Shown: positions 24,201-35,574 of the stretch, piece after piece | Position numbering within the stretch: position 1 is the first letter of the stretch | How the letters are laid out: the number at the start of each line of letters is the position of its first letter | Origin: Lama guanicoe | Lineage: Eukaryota | Length of the DNA stretch: 64,000 bases | Assembly: GCA_013239625.1 (NCBI GenBank) | Contig: MU053881.1 | Coordinates: forward strand, 16,112,373 to 16,176,372 | Direction: 5' to 3' | Notes under the pieces: generated by a model | The model's database searches: none | What the model was told of the DNA's origin: nothing | The model's input: only the letters and a program-made list of their open reading frames with translations | Position numbers and translations under genes: made by a program

Positions 24201-27200
24201 GGCGACCACTGGCTCCACGTCCAGCTCCAGGCTCCCCGTTCACTGTGATTGTGCCTCCTTTCCGCTCAAGCTTGCGGATCCTGGCAAGAAGTACGGTTGA
24301 AATCCCAGTCTCGCTCAGCTGAACTGTCGACCTGTGTGACGTTGACCACATCACTCTCCCTGGTAAAAAGGGAGACCCCTAAGCTCTGGAGGCACCTAGG
24401 AAAAGTGCAGAATCATGCATTTGATGTCTCGCTGAGCACCTGCTCCCTGTGGGGTGGTGCAATGGAGAAGCAAGCAAAACAGGCAGGAGTTCCTGCCCTT
24501 AGGGTGGTTTGCTGTCCCAGGACATGGGCAGTACAGCAAATGGAAGTGTAAGAAGACACAGGGTGTGCTGGACAATGATGGTTGCTATGGATAAAACAGC
24601 AGAATGGGGCTAGTTTCTGATCCAAGGGAGGGGCTGGACCCAGCAGAGCTGTGAAGGCAGCAGAGGCGGCCTGTGCCTGTTGGCTGAAGGATCAGGTGAT
24701 GCGGGACCTGCACGGTGCCTGGAAGCGCTCAGCTCCACCAGCTAATGGACCCGCAGGATGGCCTGTTGCAGCTGCCCAAGGGGCAGCCAGCCTAGAGGAC
24801 ACTGAGTGTTTCAAGGAGGAGGGTGCAAGGGAGCATGGTGACCGGCGCCACTGCTGGCTCAGGACGAGGACTGAGGATGCTCTGGTGGGCTTCGGAGCCG
24901 GGGCATCTTGGTGGTCTGGCCGAAAGAAGTTTCTTTAGTGCTGTGGTGACCAGGAGAGCCAGGCTGGGAAGTGGGGGAGATTCAAGGAAAGGAGGCTGGA
25001 GAGGAAGAAGAGCAAGCATTGTAAAGGGGAGCAGAGAAGGAGGGGCAGAAGGGATGGGTGAGGGGAGAATGAAGAATGAACATTGTGACCACTGGAGAGA
25101 GGAAGTGGAGGGGTGCAGGGTGAGGGGAGGGGAGAGAGGTTGCCAGGCAGTTTCCTAACAGGGTGAGGCCAGGGCTTTAGCACCCAGAGTTGGAGGTTTG
25201 CTTTACCCCAAGGCACAGAGGTCCCTGCACGTGAAGGAGGGGCCCAGGATAATGGCCCTGACGTTGGAAGGCAGCCAGATGCCCAGGCAGGAGGGTCTCC
25301 TGGGGCTGAATGTATCTTCCCAGTGAAATAGGAAACAGGACACCAGCTGACCAGAGGGATGGGCCCGGTGTAGGAGGTGAGAGAGGGTGGAGGATCACAA
25401 CAGAGGACTGCAGGTGATCACGGGGCTGCAACAGAGCCCCTGGAGATTAGGGGGACAGGTGGATTTCTTGCATCCGCCTTCAGTGCCCCAAGGACAGGCA
25501 GGGAAGGGGATCTGGGACTGGGCTGTCACCAAGGGATCCAGCTGTGTCTGAGAAGGGCCGTGATGCCGAGCATGTGTCAGGGGAGCGGTCCTGAGCTAGT
25601 TTAAGGGGGTTGGGGGATGTGAAAAGCAGTACCATGAGTCGGTCACAGACAGACCTGGGGGAGAGGGAAGGGCGGTTGGGGTCATAACCACAGGGAGCGA
25701 GTTGTGGAAGGAGGAGGAGGCAAGCAGGTGGCCATCTGTGGAAGATCTTTTTTCCTTCCTCTGCCCTGCCCTTGAGTCCACTTTCTGAGTTGACCTTAGG
25801 CACGTATTCCTGATCATCCTTGAGCATAGCTCCTGTGGCTGGCTATTGCTCTGCCTCTGGCCAGGTGCTTGTATACAGCAGGAGTCCCCTACTTGTTCTT
25901 GCATATAATATATTCTCATACATATTCTTGGATACAGTAGGTGTCCCATAAATGTTCTTAACATACAGTAGGTGTCCCTTATATGCTCAAGGATGAGCAG
26001 GGAGGACTGATAACACCCAGCTCTTGGGTGTGAGGGGTCCTTACACTCCACTGTCATAGTTTTATTCTAAACCAAGGGTGTCCCCCACAGGTGGAAGAGT
26101 GGTTGAGTCCCGGTATTTGCAGTATGAGAAGAAAACCACCAAAAAGGTAACGCACATCATCTGTTTGAAATGGTTCTGAACAGAGTCGTGGCAAACTCGA
26201 AATTCTGAGACAAGTCACAAAAGCTGGGCCCAGCCTGGTCCTGAGGAAAGCATTTTGGGGACTTTGCCCAGCTGAGTGTCTTGCCCTTCCTGCCAAGGCA
26301 TGACTCTGTCGTGAATAGCAGAATACTTTGAGAATCCGTTTTGAACAGCCATGATCTCTAGTGAATCATAAAATTATTCCTGCCTCTCAACTCAGTAATT
26401 CCTTTCTGGAGTCTTGTCCTGAAGCAATTCTGTCTAATGCCTGGCACGTGGTCCCTGACTTTGGCTGGTATTTTAAAAATACCTGTAGGGTTTTAGAGAA
26501 AGACAATGGGGAAAAAACACGTGCCAGAATTGCCCAGAGTTAGAGGAAGAGTTTAGTGAACTGCCTCTAGCCACACCATGAACATGATGAAACAATTGAA
26601 AATGACGTTTTGAAACTCATCGACTTGAGAACCTGCCTTGTGTGATGTTTAATGAAAACAATCATAAGATTAGTCACTTACATCTTGTGTTTCAGTGTGT
26701 GCGTACTGATGGTGTGGTGAAGGGTGAGTTATCCCATTTTCCAAATCTTTGTTTATGATAAAGTTTAGTTAAATATTCATTTTTGCTACCTGTCTCTTAC
26801 TCTGGTAGAGTGATGTGACTTAAGATCTGGCTTGAAGAAAAAAGATACCTTTACGCAAACCAATAGGCTTCTTGGACTGTTTGTTTGTTTGTTTGTTTTT
26901 TTAATGGACTTAATTTTTTTTATAGCAATTTTAGGTTCAAAGCAAAACTGAATGGAAGGTATAGAGATTTCCCACATACCTGTCCCCCGATCCCTACATG
27001 CCATGGCTTTCCTGTTGTCAACATCCTGCACCAGGGTGGGGCATAATCGATGAACCTACATTGACACATCCTCACCCAGAGTCCATGGCTTACAGTATTG
27101 AAGTGATTTTTCAACAAAGGATAACAGTCCACACTTCATAATTTTCATGTTGCCTGACAAACTTGGTTACAGCACCCCCATGTGTCTGCATGCTATAGTA

Positions 27201-28478
27201 TTGTAGATCTTTAAGAGCTTCTCCGTTTTCTTTTATTTCATTTTGTTTTTTTCTTTTTTAATGGAGGTGCGGGGGGTTGAACCCAGGACGTTGTGCATGC
27301 TAAGCATGCGCTCTACCACTGAGCTATATAGCCCACATCTTTTAAATTATGGTGTAATTTACATAGAGTAAGTGTCACTCTTTTCAGCACACTTACCAGT
27401 TCTGTGAGTTTTAACAAACAGATCTGGTCATAGACACACCACAATCAAAGTAGAGAACAGTCTGTCACCGCCCCCCTCCTCAGTCCCCTTGTACTCTACG
27501 CCCCAGGCAACCATAATCTGTGTTCTGTCCTTGTAGCTTTTCCTTTCCACAAGGTCATTTAAAAGGTACCACATAGGATGCAGCTTCTTGCATTATGCCT
27601 TCTTTCACATAAAGTTCCCTCCCTGACATTGCCTGTTATACTTAATGTGGGTTCCTTCGGATGGCTGAAGAATATTCTGCTGTACGGATGGACCACAGTG
27701 TGCTCAGCCATTCCCCGGCAAAGGCCATTTGGTTTATTTCCTGGTTTTGGCAATTAGGGAGAAAGCCACCTTAAACATTCCAGTGCAGGATTCCATGAAG
27801 ATGTGTCCTCATTTCTCCCAGGAAGAGAATTAATTGTAGGGTAAATATATGTTTGACTTTGTAAGAAACTGCCCAACTGTTATCCAAAGTGTCTGCACCT
27901 TTTTACATTCCCATGAGCCACAGAAGAGAATTCTGGTCAGTACTTTAAGATTAACACCATTCTCGTGGTTTTAAATTGCATTTCCATAACAACTGATGCT
28001 ATTAAGCATTTTTTCACGTGCTTTGGCCATTCCTGTAACTTTAGTGATTTGTCCTTTCAAATCTTTTGCCCATTAAAAAAATGGGTTATTTGTTTTCTCA
28101 TTATTGAGTTTGGAGAGCTTGTTCTATATTCTGGGTCCCGATCCTTTATTGGTGATTTGCAGTTATTTTCTCCCAGTGTGTGACTTGGCTTTCCATTCTC
28201 TTAATTATCTTGGGAGCTGTAGAAGTTCTCGATTTTGATGAAATCCAGTTTATCAATTTCTGCTGTTACGGAATGTGTTTTTGGTGTCATATCTAAGAAA
28301 TATTTGCCTAACCCAAGATCACAAAGATTTTCTCCCAGGTTTTCGTCTGTGAGCTTTGTAGTTTTAGGTTTTACGTTTAGGTCTGTAATCCATTCTGAAT
28401 TAGTTTTTATATCTGGCGTGATAATGGAACATCATTTTCACTCTTAACAAGGTTTTTTTCTGCTTTATATTATTATTG

Positions 28479-28515
<37 letters not shown>

Positions 28516-31500
28516 ATTATTATATTATGATGGCTTGTTAGCTCCATGCAGTGCTTGCTTTTTGGCAAGTTTTAAAGATTATTATCTGTACAAAAACTTT
28601 GTTTTGTCTGATGACCAAAGTAATATGTTCTCTCTAAAAAACTGGCCAATACTAAAATGTATACAGAAAAATCATCATCTGTAATCTGCCATGTCAGAGG
28701 TCATCACTGGCAAACATTTTGCTGGTTTCCTATGAAGGTATCCTTTTTGACAAAATTAGTTCGTTCTGTATATATGCAATTAAATGTCCGAACTCCTTAA
28801 GTCTATCCCCTGCCTCAAAGGAAGAGCAGATGCAGGCTTTGCAGACTGCAGAGGGGCCCTTGCTCGTGAAAGGACAGTGCCTTGTTCCCTGACTGTCACG
28901 TATTCCCCTAACAGGCTCCTGCAACAGATGCGTTAAAGACCAGTGGGAAGATGCCTGAAGGTGGACGGAAACCCAACCCACTCCAGAAAAGCAAAGGTGC
29001 GTACAGATGGAAGGAGGGTGTGAAACAGCTCTGAAGGTAAATTTTGTTTTGTTTTTCAGATGCTCCATACATCTATTTACTTATTTATTTGTATATTTAT
29101 TTATACGGACGTTATACGTTAAAACTCCCTTTCCTTTCTGGGAAGCATGAGAAAAAGGAGCTAGGCAGAGAGTTTTAGTGCACAGGCAGATTTGGGGCAG
29201 GTGGAGAGGTGACGGGGGATGGCAGCGGAATGGGGGGAGGGAGTCACTTCCTTCCTATGTGGCCCCAGAGAACCATTTGTTTTCTGTATCTGTGAGTCTG
29301 TTTCTGTGACCGCCACACATTTTTATTTTTATTTTTTATTTTGTTTTGTTTTTTCTCTCTTTTTGTGGCATACAGTTTTGTTTGTGGGGTCTTTTTTGTT
29401 TTGTTTTGTTTTTTGTTTGTCTTGGGGGGTGATAATTAGGTTTATTCATTTAGTTAGTTATTTTAATGGAGGGACTGGGGATTGAACCCAGGATTTCATG
29501 CATGCTAAGCATGTGCTGTACCACTGAGCTATACCTGCCCCCCTGGCACACATTTTTAAATAGGGGCTAAAGCATGAAGAGAACTCCCAGGGAAGATGAA
29601 CAGTCAGAGGCTACAGGAGAAAGAAGGGAAAAGAGCAGAGGGCAGGACAAGTGCACGGCATGTTGTCAGACTCTTACACCCTGAACACAGCGTCTTTTAT
29701 TTAAACGAAGCAGGAAGGCTTATTCATCTCTTTTGGTTATTAAGAATCCCTTCCCTTTCTGTATTACTTTAAAATATATTCAAGTTGTGGAAGAAGGTAT
29801 AAGCTTAGTGACAGAGCATGTGCTTAGCATGCATTAGGTCCTGGGTTCAACCCCCAGTACCTCCACTTAAAAATAAGAATAAATAAACAAACCAACCTCA
29901 TCACCTCCCCCCTACCAAATAAAATAAAATAAAATAAAGTAAAATAAAGTGAAATAAAGTAAAATGAATTCAAGTTGATGGCTAGGAATTTCCAAAGGTT
30001 TTCCAGCCTTATCTGCTGCTCCCTCACAAGAAGCTGAGTTTTTGGAAGTAGATGTACAGAAGAGTTGCCTGTTCCGCAGTTTACGTGTAGCGCATCTTGC
30101 TGACTGTGCTGACTTCCAGGGCTTCTCATTGGGCCCACAGATAGCAGCGGAGTCGGCAAAGGCGACCTGCAGTCCACCTTGCTGGAAGGGCACGGCACCG
30201 CCCCGCCTGACCTGGATCTCTCGGCCATCAATGGTACATCACTCACTTTACTCATCCTTCCCCTGGCTGGGGGGGTCGCAGTGCATCTCTGAGGGCTTCC
30301 CAAATCTGCTCTTCTCACCTTAAACATGCTTTTCTTGATCTTAGACAAAAGTGTGGTCCGAAAGACTCCACAATTAGAAAAAACAATGTCCAAGAAAGCT
30401 GAGTCTTCGTCATTTTCTACCTCTAGGAAAAAGAGCCCCGTAAGTGTCTGAAGCAAGAGGGCGGCCGCTAGAGTGAGCTGGACAAATCTGATTTAGCTCC
30501 TGTCCAGGTGCCCCGCAAGGCCCCGGGGCTCCAAGAGCAAACAAGCCAGCCGTGGTTTTTAGGACAAAAACCACACGTGTTCTTGCAGGGTTTATAGTTT
30601 CCGTTTCCCCCAGTACACACGCAGGAGGAGGTATAAATGCAGGAGCATGTGACAAATGAGACTGGGGCCCTGTTTGCCAGCGGCACGCTAGGGACGGTGC
30701 TCGGTCGAGCCCTGTCCCCAGCAGGGAGGACGGCTGGGCTGTGATCTTATCTGGGTGGAAACCCCAAGTCCTGGTTCTGGCGGGTCACTAGGTTCTGGTG
30801 GGGCCTCCAGCTGATGCTTGACTGCCCAGCCACTAGGAAGAGGGGCCATGCCATCCTCATCCTTTTCACAGAGGGGCCGAGAGACTGAGAAAACAGAAAC
30901 AGCACATCAATACACGGTCGAGAGTTACTGAATTACTGATTGAAAGAAAGTACACATAGGTTAGGATCGTGCCCCTTCTGGGGGAGACAGCTGGATTTAT
31001 ACCAGTTCACGGGGAACCAAGAGTGTCTTTTTCTTGTCCTTGAGGATCTCTCCGAGGCGATGGAAATGATGGAATCCCAGACGCTCCTCTTGACTCTGCT
31101 GACCACGAAGGTGAGGATGGAGCCTCTTTCACATGTGACGTGGGCAGAGGGCAGCCTCTGTCCCGTGGAGGTGAGGTCCCCTCGGGTCCGAGCTTTTGTT
31201 TTGCATTTAACAGATGGAGAACGGTCTCGCTGCGTTTGAAGAAAAGGCAGAAAGGAATTTATTAATGATGTGCGAAGAGAAGGAGACACTGCAGAAAAAG
31301 GCCCATGAGCTGAAGTGCAAACTTCTCCTTGGTCAGAAGAAGCGGGAGCTGGCAGAAGTCCTCGACACGCAGGTCAGCGGTGACCATGGTCTCCGAGCTG
31401 CGCATCTCGGCAGCATTGTCCCATTGAGGGGTTTGGAGGGAGCCTTGATAGTAGGTGTTGCCCCTCACCTGGCTCTAACCCTCTGCCAGGCTTTTGGCAC

Positions 31501-34500
31501 CACTGGGTATTGGAATGTGACAGTTTATCAGAGGATGAGGCTGTAATGTGAGAACCAACCAGCAGGAGGGCCCTGTCCCTTCAACAGACACGGGCAGGTA
31601 TTCAGGCACCCAAGACTTGTGCCCAGTGACACGGAGACACACTCCCAGCCATGCATGTGCCGTCCATGAAACTTCTGAGGTGGTGAGTGCAGGGCCTCGT
31701 CTCACAGTCCCCTTCTCCTCCTTCCTGCAGATCGAGATGCTCAGCCCGTACGAGGCTGTGGCTGGCCGCTTTAAGGAGCAGTACAAGACATTTGCGACAG
31801 CCTTGGACACCACGAGACATGAGCTGCCAGTGAGATCAGTCCACCTGGACGGAGACGGGCAGCAGTTCTTAGGTAGGAAACAGGGAGGCTACCGGGCAAG
31901 GGGTAGGATGAACCACCCAGTGCATGTGGGCATCTCCTGTTTGCCGGGCACCTTAATTCCTTTGTGTCATGTCGCAGGTCCCCTCCCAGGTAGATGGCGC
32001 ATCTCCCATCAAATGGCAGAGGACTCAGGGTTCGGCAAGGCTGTGGTTTGTCCAGGGTCATGCCCCGAGTAAGGACCATGCTGGGATTTGAACCCAGGTC
32101 CCTGGGACTCCCCAGTGATTTCTGGTCCTGCTGTAGGGCATTCCTGGGGAGCCCTACAGAGGTGCTTCTGTGGCTGGCGAACAACAGTGCTGCGACCCTC
32201 CCAGCCCCCATCCCACCCTGCCTTCTAGGCAGAACTGAGACGGTCTCTTTCCTGTATAGCATTCCTGCTTGAAGTTGGCAAGTGTGAAGAGTGCCTATCC
32301 TTGATCCTAAAATTCTCTTTAGAACGAGTATCTTCCCAGAGCAAGTTTGCAGCTGCCCTAGAGTTTGGTTATTTCTCAGCAGAGCTCTCACAAGCCATCT
32401 AAATACGTTTTGCTTGAAGCTGATGTAAAATCAGACCTCTTCCAATGTGAAATAGTTTACGTATGACATGGGACCTTGAAAAATGAGCCTTATTAAACCA
32501 TCATCTGTGTCTGAGTTGCCAGTTTTATAGTTGTAGCAGTCAGCTCCGCATCTGTGACTCTTGGTCTCCATCTCTGATAAATCCCTTAGGTAGTTGCCAG
32601 GAGTTGGGAAAGGGGACCCTCTGAGTTTCCTTGTGCTTGTAAAACAAAGCACCACAAACGAGATGGCTTAAAACAGCAAATTTATTCCCTTGCAGTTCAG
32701 GGGACCAGAAGTCTGAAATCGAAGTGTCAGCAGAGCTGGATCCTTCCGGAGGCTCTAGGGGAGGGTGTGTCTCAGGCATCTCGTGTTTCCCTGAGCGCCT
32801 CTGTATCTAAACTTCCCTCTTCTTAGAAGAACATCAGTTACTGCGTTAGGCCCTGCCCTAGTGCCCTCATTCTAACTCAGTTACCTCTATGAAGACCTCA
32901 TTTCCAGGAAGGTCACATTCATGGGTATTTGAGATTAGAACCTGAACATGTCTTTTTGGGAGGGCATGATTCAGTTCCCTAGCAAAGGAGATGTGTGTCT
33001 GTAGGAACCCTTATAAGGTCCCCCTGATGTTATATGTACAGTTTGATGGGTACAGATGCATGTGTACCCAAGGTGGAGAGATGCTGGTTTTCTTAGAGCA
33101 GGTGGGACCCAGGGCAGGTGCAGGTGGCTCTCTGCTTGGGGGAGTCAGGAGGCAGTGCTAGGAACGGGGAGTGGGAACCATGGGTTTGTTTTTAAGTTAC
33201 TCCTAGCACAGATCGTCTCTGCCTTTTGGATTTGTCCCTGTTGAGGATGCGGGTGTGGGACTCCAGGTGTGTTCCAATGACTGCCTGGACGACAGAGGCA
33301 CCTGACCCACCATCTCACACCCCTGTGATCTCAGGCAAAGGGGCACAGAGGCAGTCCCCGGGCACGAGTGCCTTCCTTCCTGACCTTTCTGCCTTTGAGT
33401 TCTTCACGATTCCAGCATATGACAAGAGCATTCTAGCAAAAAGAGAAGAATATCGTCAGCCACCCAGCTTACGCGTCTACTGCTTGGGGACACCTTGAAA
33501 CCCACAGCTGAAGAGCCCTCTTCCCTTCCAGATGAGTTGCAGCGGGAATTGACGACCACCTGCCATCTGCTGGGGGAACTTGGCATTGGCAACTTGGAAG
33601 AAAATGAGAAAGCATTGGACCTGCTGAGTGAACTCAGGGAAATGACCCAAAGGAAGGATCTGGAGCTCCGAAGGTATTACAGGAAATAGTTTTAAGAACA
33701 AGCTAGCCCTACACCCCCTGTCAGGCAGAGACAGGCTGTTGGCAGCCACCCTGGAGGGTGCGCTGGGCTCTGGAGGGTGGGCAGCCCTGGCGTTTGCAGG
33801 GTACGAAAGTCCAGGAAAGCAGAGGGAGGGAAGTGGGCAAGATGCCTTCAACCCAACCAGAACCCCCGGGTGTGTTCTTGAGCAGTCAAATTAGAAAGAC
33901 GGGGGCGAGAGTGTCGGCCCTCAGAGTAACACAGCAGATCTGGGACTTTGGACTGGTCTGTTTATGCTTTAAATATTTTTCAGGGTAGGGACTTTGGGAG
34001 ATTTTGGAAATTCTTATCAATGTATAAATAAATACATGTAGAAAAGGTGCAGATCGTTATCGGCACAGCTTGAGTGCTTTCATGACTGGGCGCCCTTGTG
34101 TCAGCAGCGCCCAGGTCCGACGGCCAGCTCCCCAAAGCCTCCCAGCCCGCTTCTCTCATTCTCCTCCAGGATGTTTCTAACCGTGGGGTAGCAAAGCCTC
34201 CCCATCTTCCAAAAAAAAAGAATCTAGTTTTTTCTCCTTCACAATGCCAAACATAATTCCCGAGGTGCCCAAAAGTTTGAAAGGTACTCATGGTAAACAC
34301 CACCTACTGTGGCATTTCCTTCATGTCTGTATGCCCAGGATGAAATCAGGACCCACCAAAGGGTTCTAGATCACCAGGGTCACGGCTGAGAATGGGTAAA
34401 CACGCTTGTTTTGTGCTGATTTCCTCGCTGCCGTTGACATCACATGAGCATCAGGGGCAGGTCCCAGTTTACGGCTCTGTCTCCACTCTTAGGATGGTTC

Positions 34501-35036
34501 CCAGCACGATGTTGATGCTCCCTAGATATTTGCAGAGTAAACTCTTTTTTTTCCCATCTGCCTGGTCCTCTTCTTGGGGCTTCTGTGCTTTAGTTTTGTT
34601 TAGATAAAGCATTTTTGTTTTTCCGTTAATGGAGGCACTGGGAATTGAACCCAGGACCTCGCACATACCAAGCACACGCTCTACCACTGAGCTCTGCGCC
34701 CCAGATAAAGCTTATTTACCGCTGCTTCCCTACGGGCCCGAGGAGGGTTGCCCCGAACCTGTCTCCCCAGCGTGGCAGCCGTGAAGGCCAAGGCACTCGG
34801 GCACAGAGGGTGAAAAGATGTCATTGTCCTGTCGTTTCCACAGGAGCTTTGCCCTGGTTCTGGAACTCTCTGCCGAGGCAAGTAAAGAGGCAGCCTTAGT
34901 CAACCAGGAGGTCTGGGAAGAGGCCCAGGGTGCCGAGGCCCCCAGCCGGTGGTATTTCAACCCAGAAGAGGCCACTTGTAGGGAAACTCGGGGAGAACTC
35001 CGGAGCCGACTCTTCCCAGGAGACGACCAGCCGTGA
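21214..35036 (+). CDS. HAUS8: HAUS augmin-like complex subunit 8 (Hice1), complete 11-exon gene, 373 aa
   Basis: Exons 21214-21242, 23139-23203, 26091-26146, 28915-28996, 30141-30233, 30345-30439, 31045-31110, 31214-31372, 31731-31872, 33532-33673, 34844-35036. All GT-AG with consistent phases, summing to 1122 nt. Recognisable peptides: GGRVVESRYLQYEKK, GDLQSTLLEGHGTAPPDLDLSAIND, ALDTTRHELPV. Confidence 0.95.
22165..22456. mobile_element. MER58-like hAT element. Related copies at about 7160-7352 and 43045-43215
   Basis: agctaagaatggt.t.tacatttttaaatggtt...aaatatttactgtctagcccttt acaga. Confidence 0.65.
23139..23203 (+). CDS. HAUS8: HAUS8 exon 2
   Basis: ctctttcag|G...CAAG|gtaagc; KPSSGGPSTPSCAKIKGRRIQ; phase fits exons 1 and 3. 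Confidence 0.88.
26091..26146 (+). CDS. HAUS8: HAUS8 exon 3
   Basis: cccacag|GT...AAG|gtaacg; GGRVVESRYLQYEKKTTKK. Confidence 0.95.
26905..28440 (-). mobile_element. Composite of old L1M fragments in HAUS8 intron 3
   Basis: ttttaggttcaaagcaaaactg..., gtaagaaactgcccaactg..., tttggtgtcatatctaagaaat...cctaacccaagatcacaaagattttctcc. Confidence 0.7.
27225..27335 (-). mobile_element. tRNA-Ala-derived SINE in HAUS8 intron 3
   Basis: atggaggtgcgggggg ttgaacccagga...catgctaagcatgcgctctaccactgagcta with a T-rich tail. Confidence 0.85.
28466..28527. repeat. Compound (TTA)n-(TTG)n-(TTA)n microsatellite
   Basis: Directly visible. Confidence 0.95.
28915..28996 (+). CDS. HAUS8: HAUS8 exon 4
   Basis: ctaacag|GCT...AAAG|gtgcgt; APATDALKTSGKMPEGGRKPNPLQKSK. 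Confidence 0.9.
29326..29545 (-). mobile_element. tRNA-Ala-derived SINE (long-tail form) in HAUS8 intron 4
   Basis: Same core; TSD cacacattttta at 29314-29325 and 29547-29558. Confidence 0.85.
29788..29962 (+). mobile_element. tRNA-Ala-derived SINE (long-tail form) in HAUS8 intron 4, sense orientation, with (TAAAA)n tail
   Basis: gcatgtgcttagcatgcattaggtcctgggttcaacccccagtacctcca; TSD attcaagttg at 29778-29787 and 29968-29977. Confidence 0.85.
30141..30233 (+). CDS. HAUS8: HAUS8 exon 5
   Basis: cccacag|AT...AATG|gtacat; DSSGVGKGDLQSTLLEGHGTAPPDLDLSAIN. Confidence 0.93.
30345..30439 (+). CDS. HAUS8: HAUS8 exon 6
   Basis: tcttag|AC...CCC|gtaagt; DKSVVRKTPQLEKTMSKKAESSSFSTSRKKSP. Confidence 0.92.
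31045..31110 (+). CDS. HAUS8: HAUS8 exon 7
   Basis: ccttgag|GAT...AAG|gtgagg; DLSEAMEMMESQTLLLTLLTTK. Confidence 0.9.
31214..31372 (+). CDS. HAUS8: HAUS8 exon 8
   Basis: ttaacag|ATG...CAG|gtcagc; MENGLAAFEEKAERNLL...ELAEVLDTQ, coiled-coil-like. Confidence 0.94.
31731..31872 (+). CDS. HAUS8: HAUS8 exon 9
   Basis: cctgcag|ATC...TTAG|gtagga; IEMLSPYEAVAGRFKEQYKTFATALDTTRHELPVRSVHLDGDGQQFL. Confidence 0.95.
33532..33673 (+). CDS. HAUS8: HAUS8 exon 10
   Basis: cttccag|AT...GAAG|gtatta; DELQRELTTTCHLLGELGIG...KDLELR. Confidence 0.93.
34611..34702 (-). mobile_element. tRNA-Ala-derived SINE in HAUS8 intron 10
   Basis: Core A and B boxes; TSD agataaagc at 34602 and 34703. Confidence 0.85.
34844..35036 (+). 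CDS. HAUS8: HAUS8 exon 11 (coding part, to TGA)
   Basis: ttccacag|G; SFALVLELSAEASKEAALVNQEVWEEAQG...RWYFN...GDDQP*. Confidence 0.93.
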
Positions 35037-35233
35037 ATCCATGCGCATATGGTGTCCCAAACTCACATGGAGGCCTTCCTGCAAGCCATCAGGCTGAAAA
35101 CATGTCGGTGCCCCTTGTTTGGGGGGAGATCTGCAGTGACCCCCCACGTGAGGTTCTGGAAACTTAAGCACTTTATACACTTAGTCTAGCAGTAGAACTA
35201 TTTTTGTATGATTACCTCGTTTGATATTAAAAA

Positions 35234-35243
35234 AATAAATAAA
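35234..35243 (+). terminator. HAUS8: HAUS8 polyadenylation signal (two overlapping AATAAA)
   Basis: aataaataaa about 200 nt after the stop codon, followed by T/GT-rich sequence. Confidence 0.8.
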
Positions 35244-35359
35244 ACTGTTTTGCAATTGAACCTTGGTTTCTGCGTGAGGAGGGCAATAGAAGGCATGTGT
35301 TGTCCTAATTTATTCCAAACAGCTGGTCCTGAGCCTCGGGACCTTCAAGACATTATGCG

Positions 35360-35566
35360 CGGTTGACTTTTAAACAACATGGCTTTGAACTGTGGGTCCA
35401 CTTGTACGTGGATCTTTTTCAATAGTAAAGTGAACACACGACCTGCGGTTGGTTGAATCCACCATTCGGAATTGTGGATGCAGAGGGCGGACTGTAAGTT
35501 TTATGCAGACTTTCAACTGCACAGGTGGCCAGGACCCCTAACCCCGAGTTACTCAAGGGTCAACTG
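35360..35566. mobile_element. Tigger2-derived MITE (MER8-like)
   Basis: Terminal inverted repeats cggttgacttttaaacaac ... gttactcaagggtcaactg. Confidence 0.75.
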
Positions 35567-35574
35567 GATTTCAC

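Noticed and set aside
28478..28684. Poly-Leu signal-peptide-like ORF
   Set aside because: Translation of the (TTG)n microsatellite.
29824..30456. 210-aa minus-strand ORF
   Set aside because: Antisense shadow of HAUS8 exons 5-6 running into a SINE.
30456..30480. CTCF-like motif just after HAUS8 exon 6
   Set aside because: Only a partial match by eye; cannot be supported without a PWM scan or ChIP data.
34611..34702. Apparent tRNA-Ala gene (also at 7.9, 27.3, 29.5, 29.8 and 50.5 kb)
   Set aside because: Diverged stems, A-rich tails and target-site duplications mark these as SINEs, not tRNA genes.
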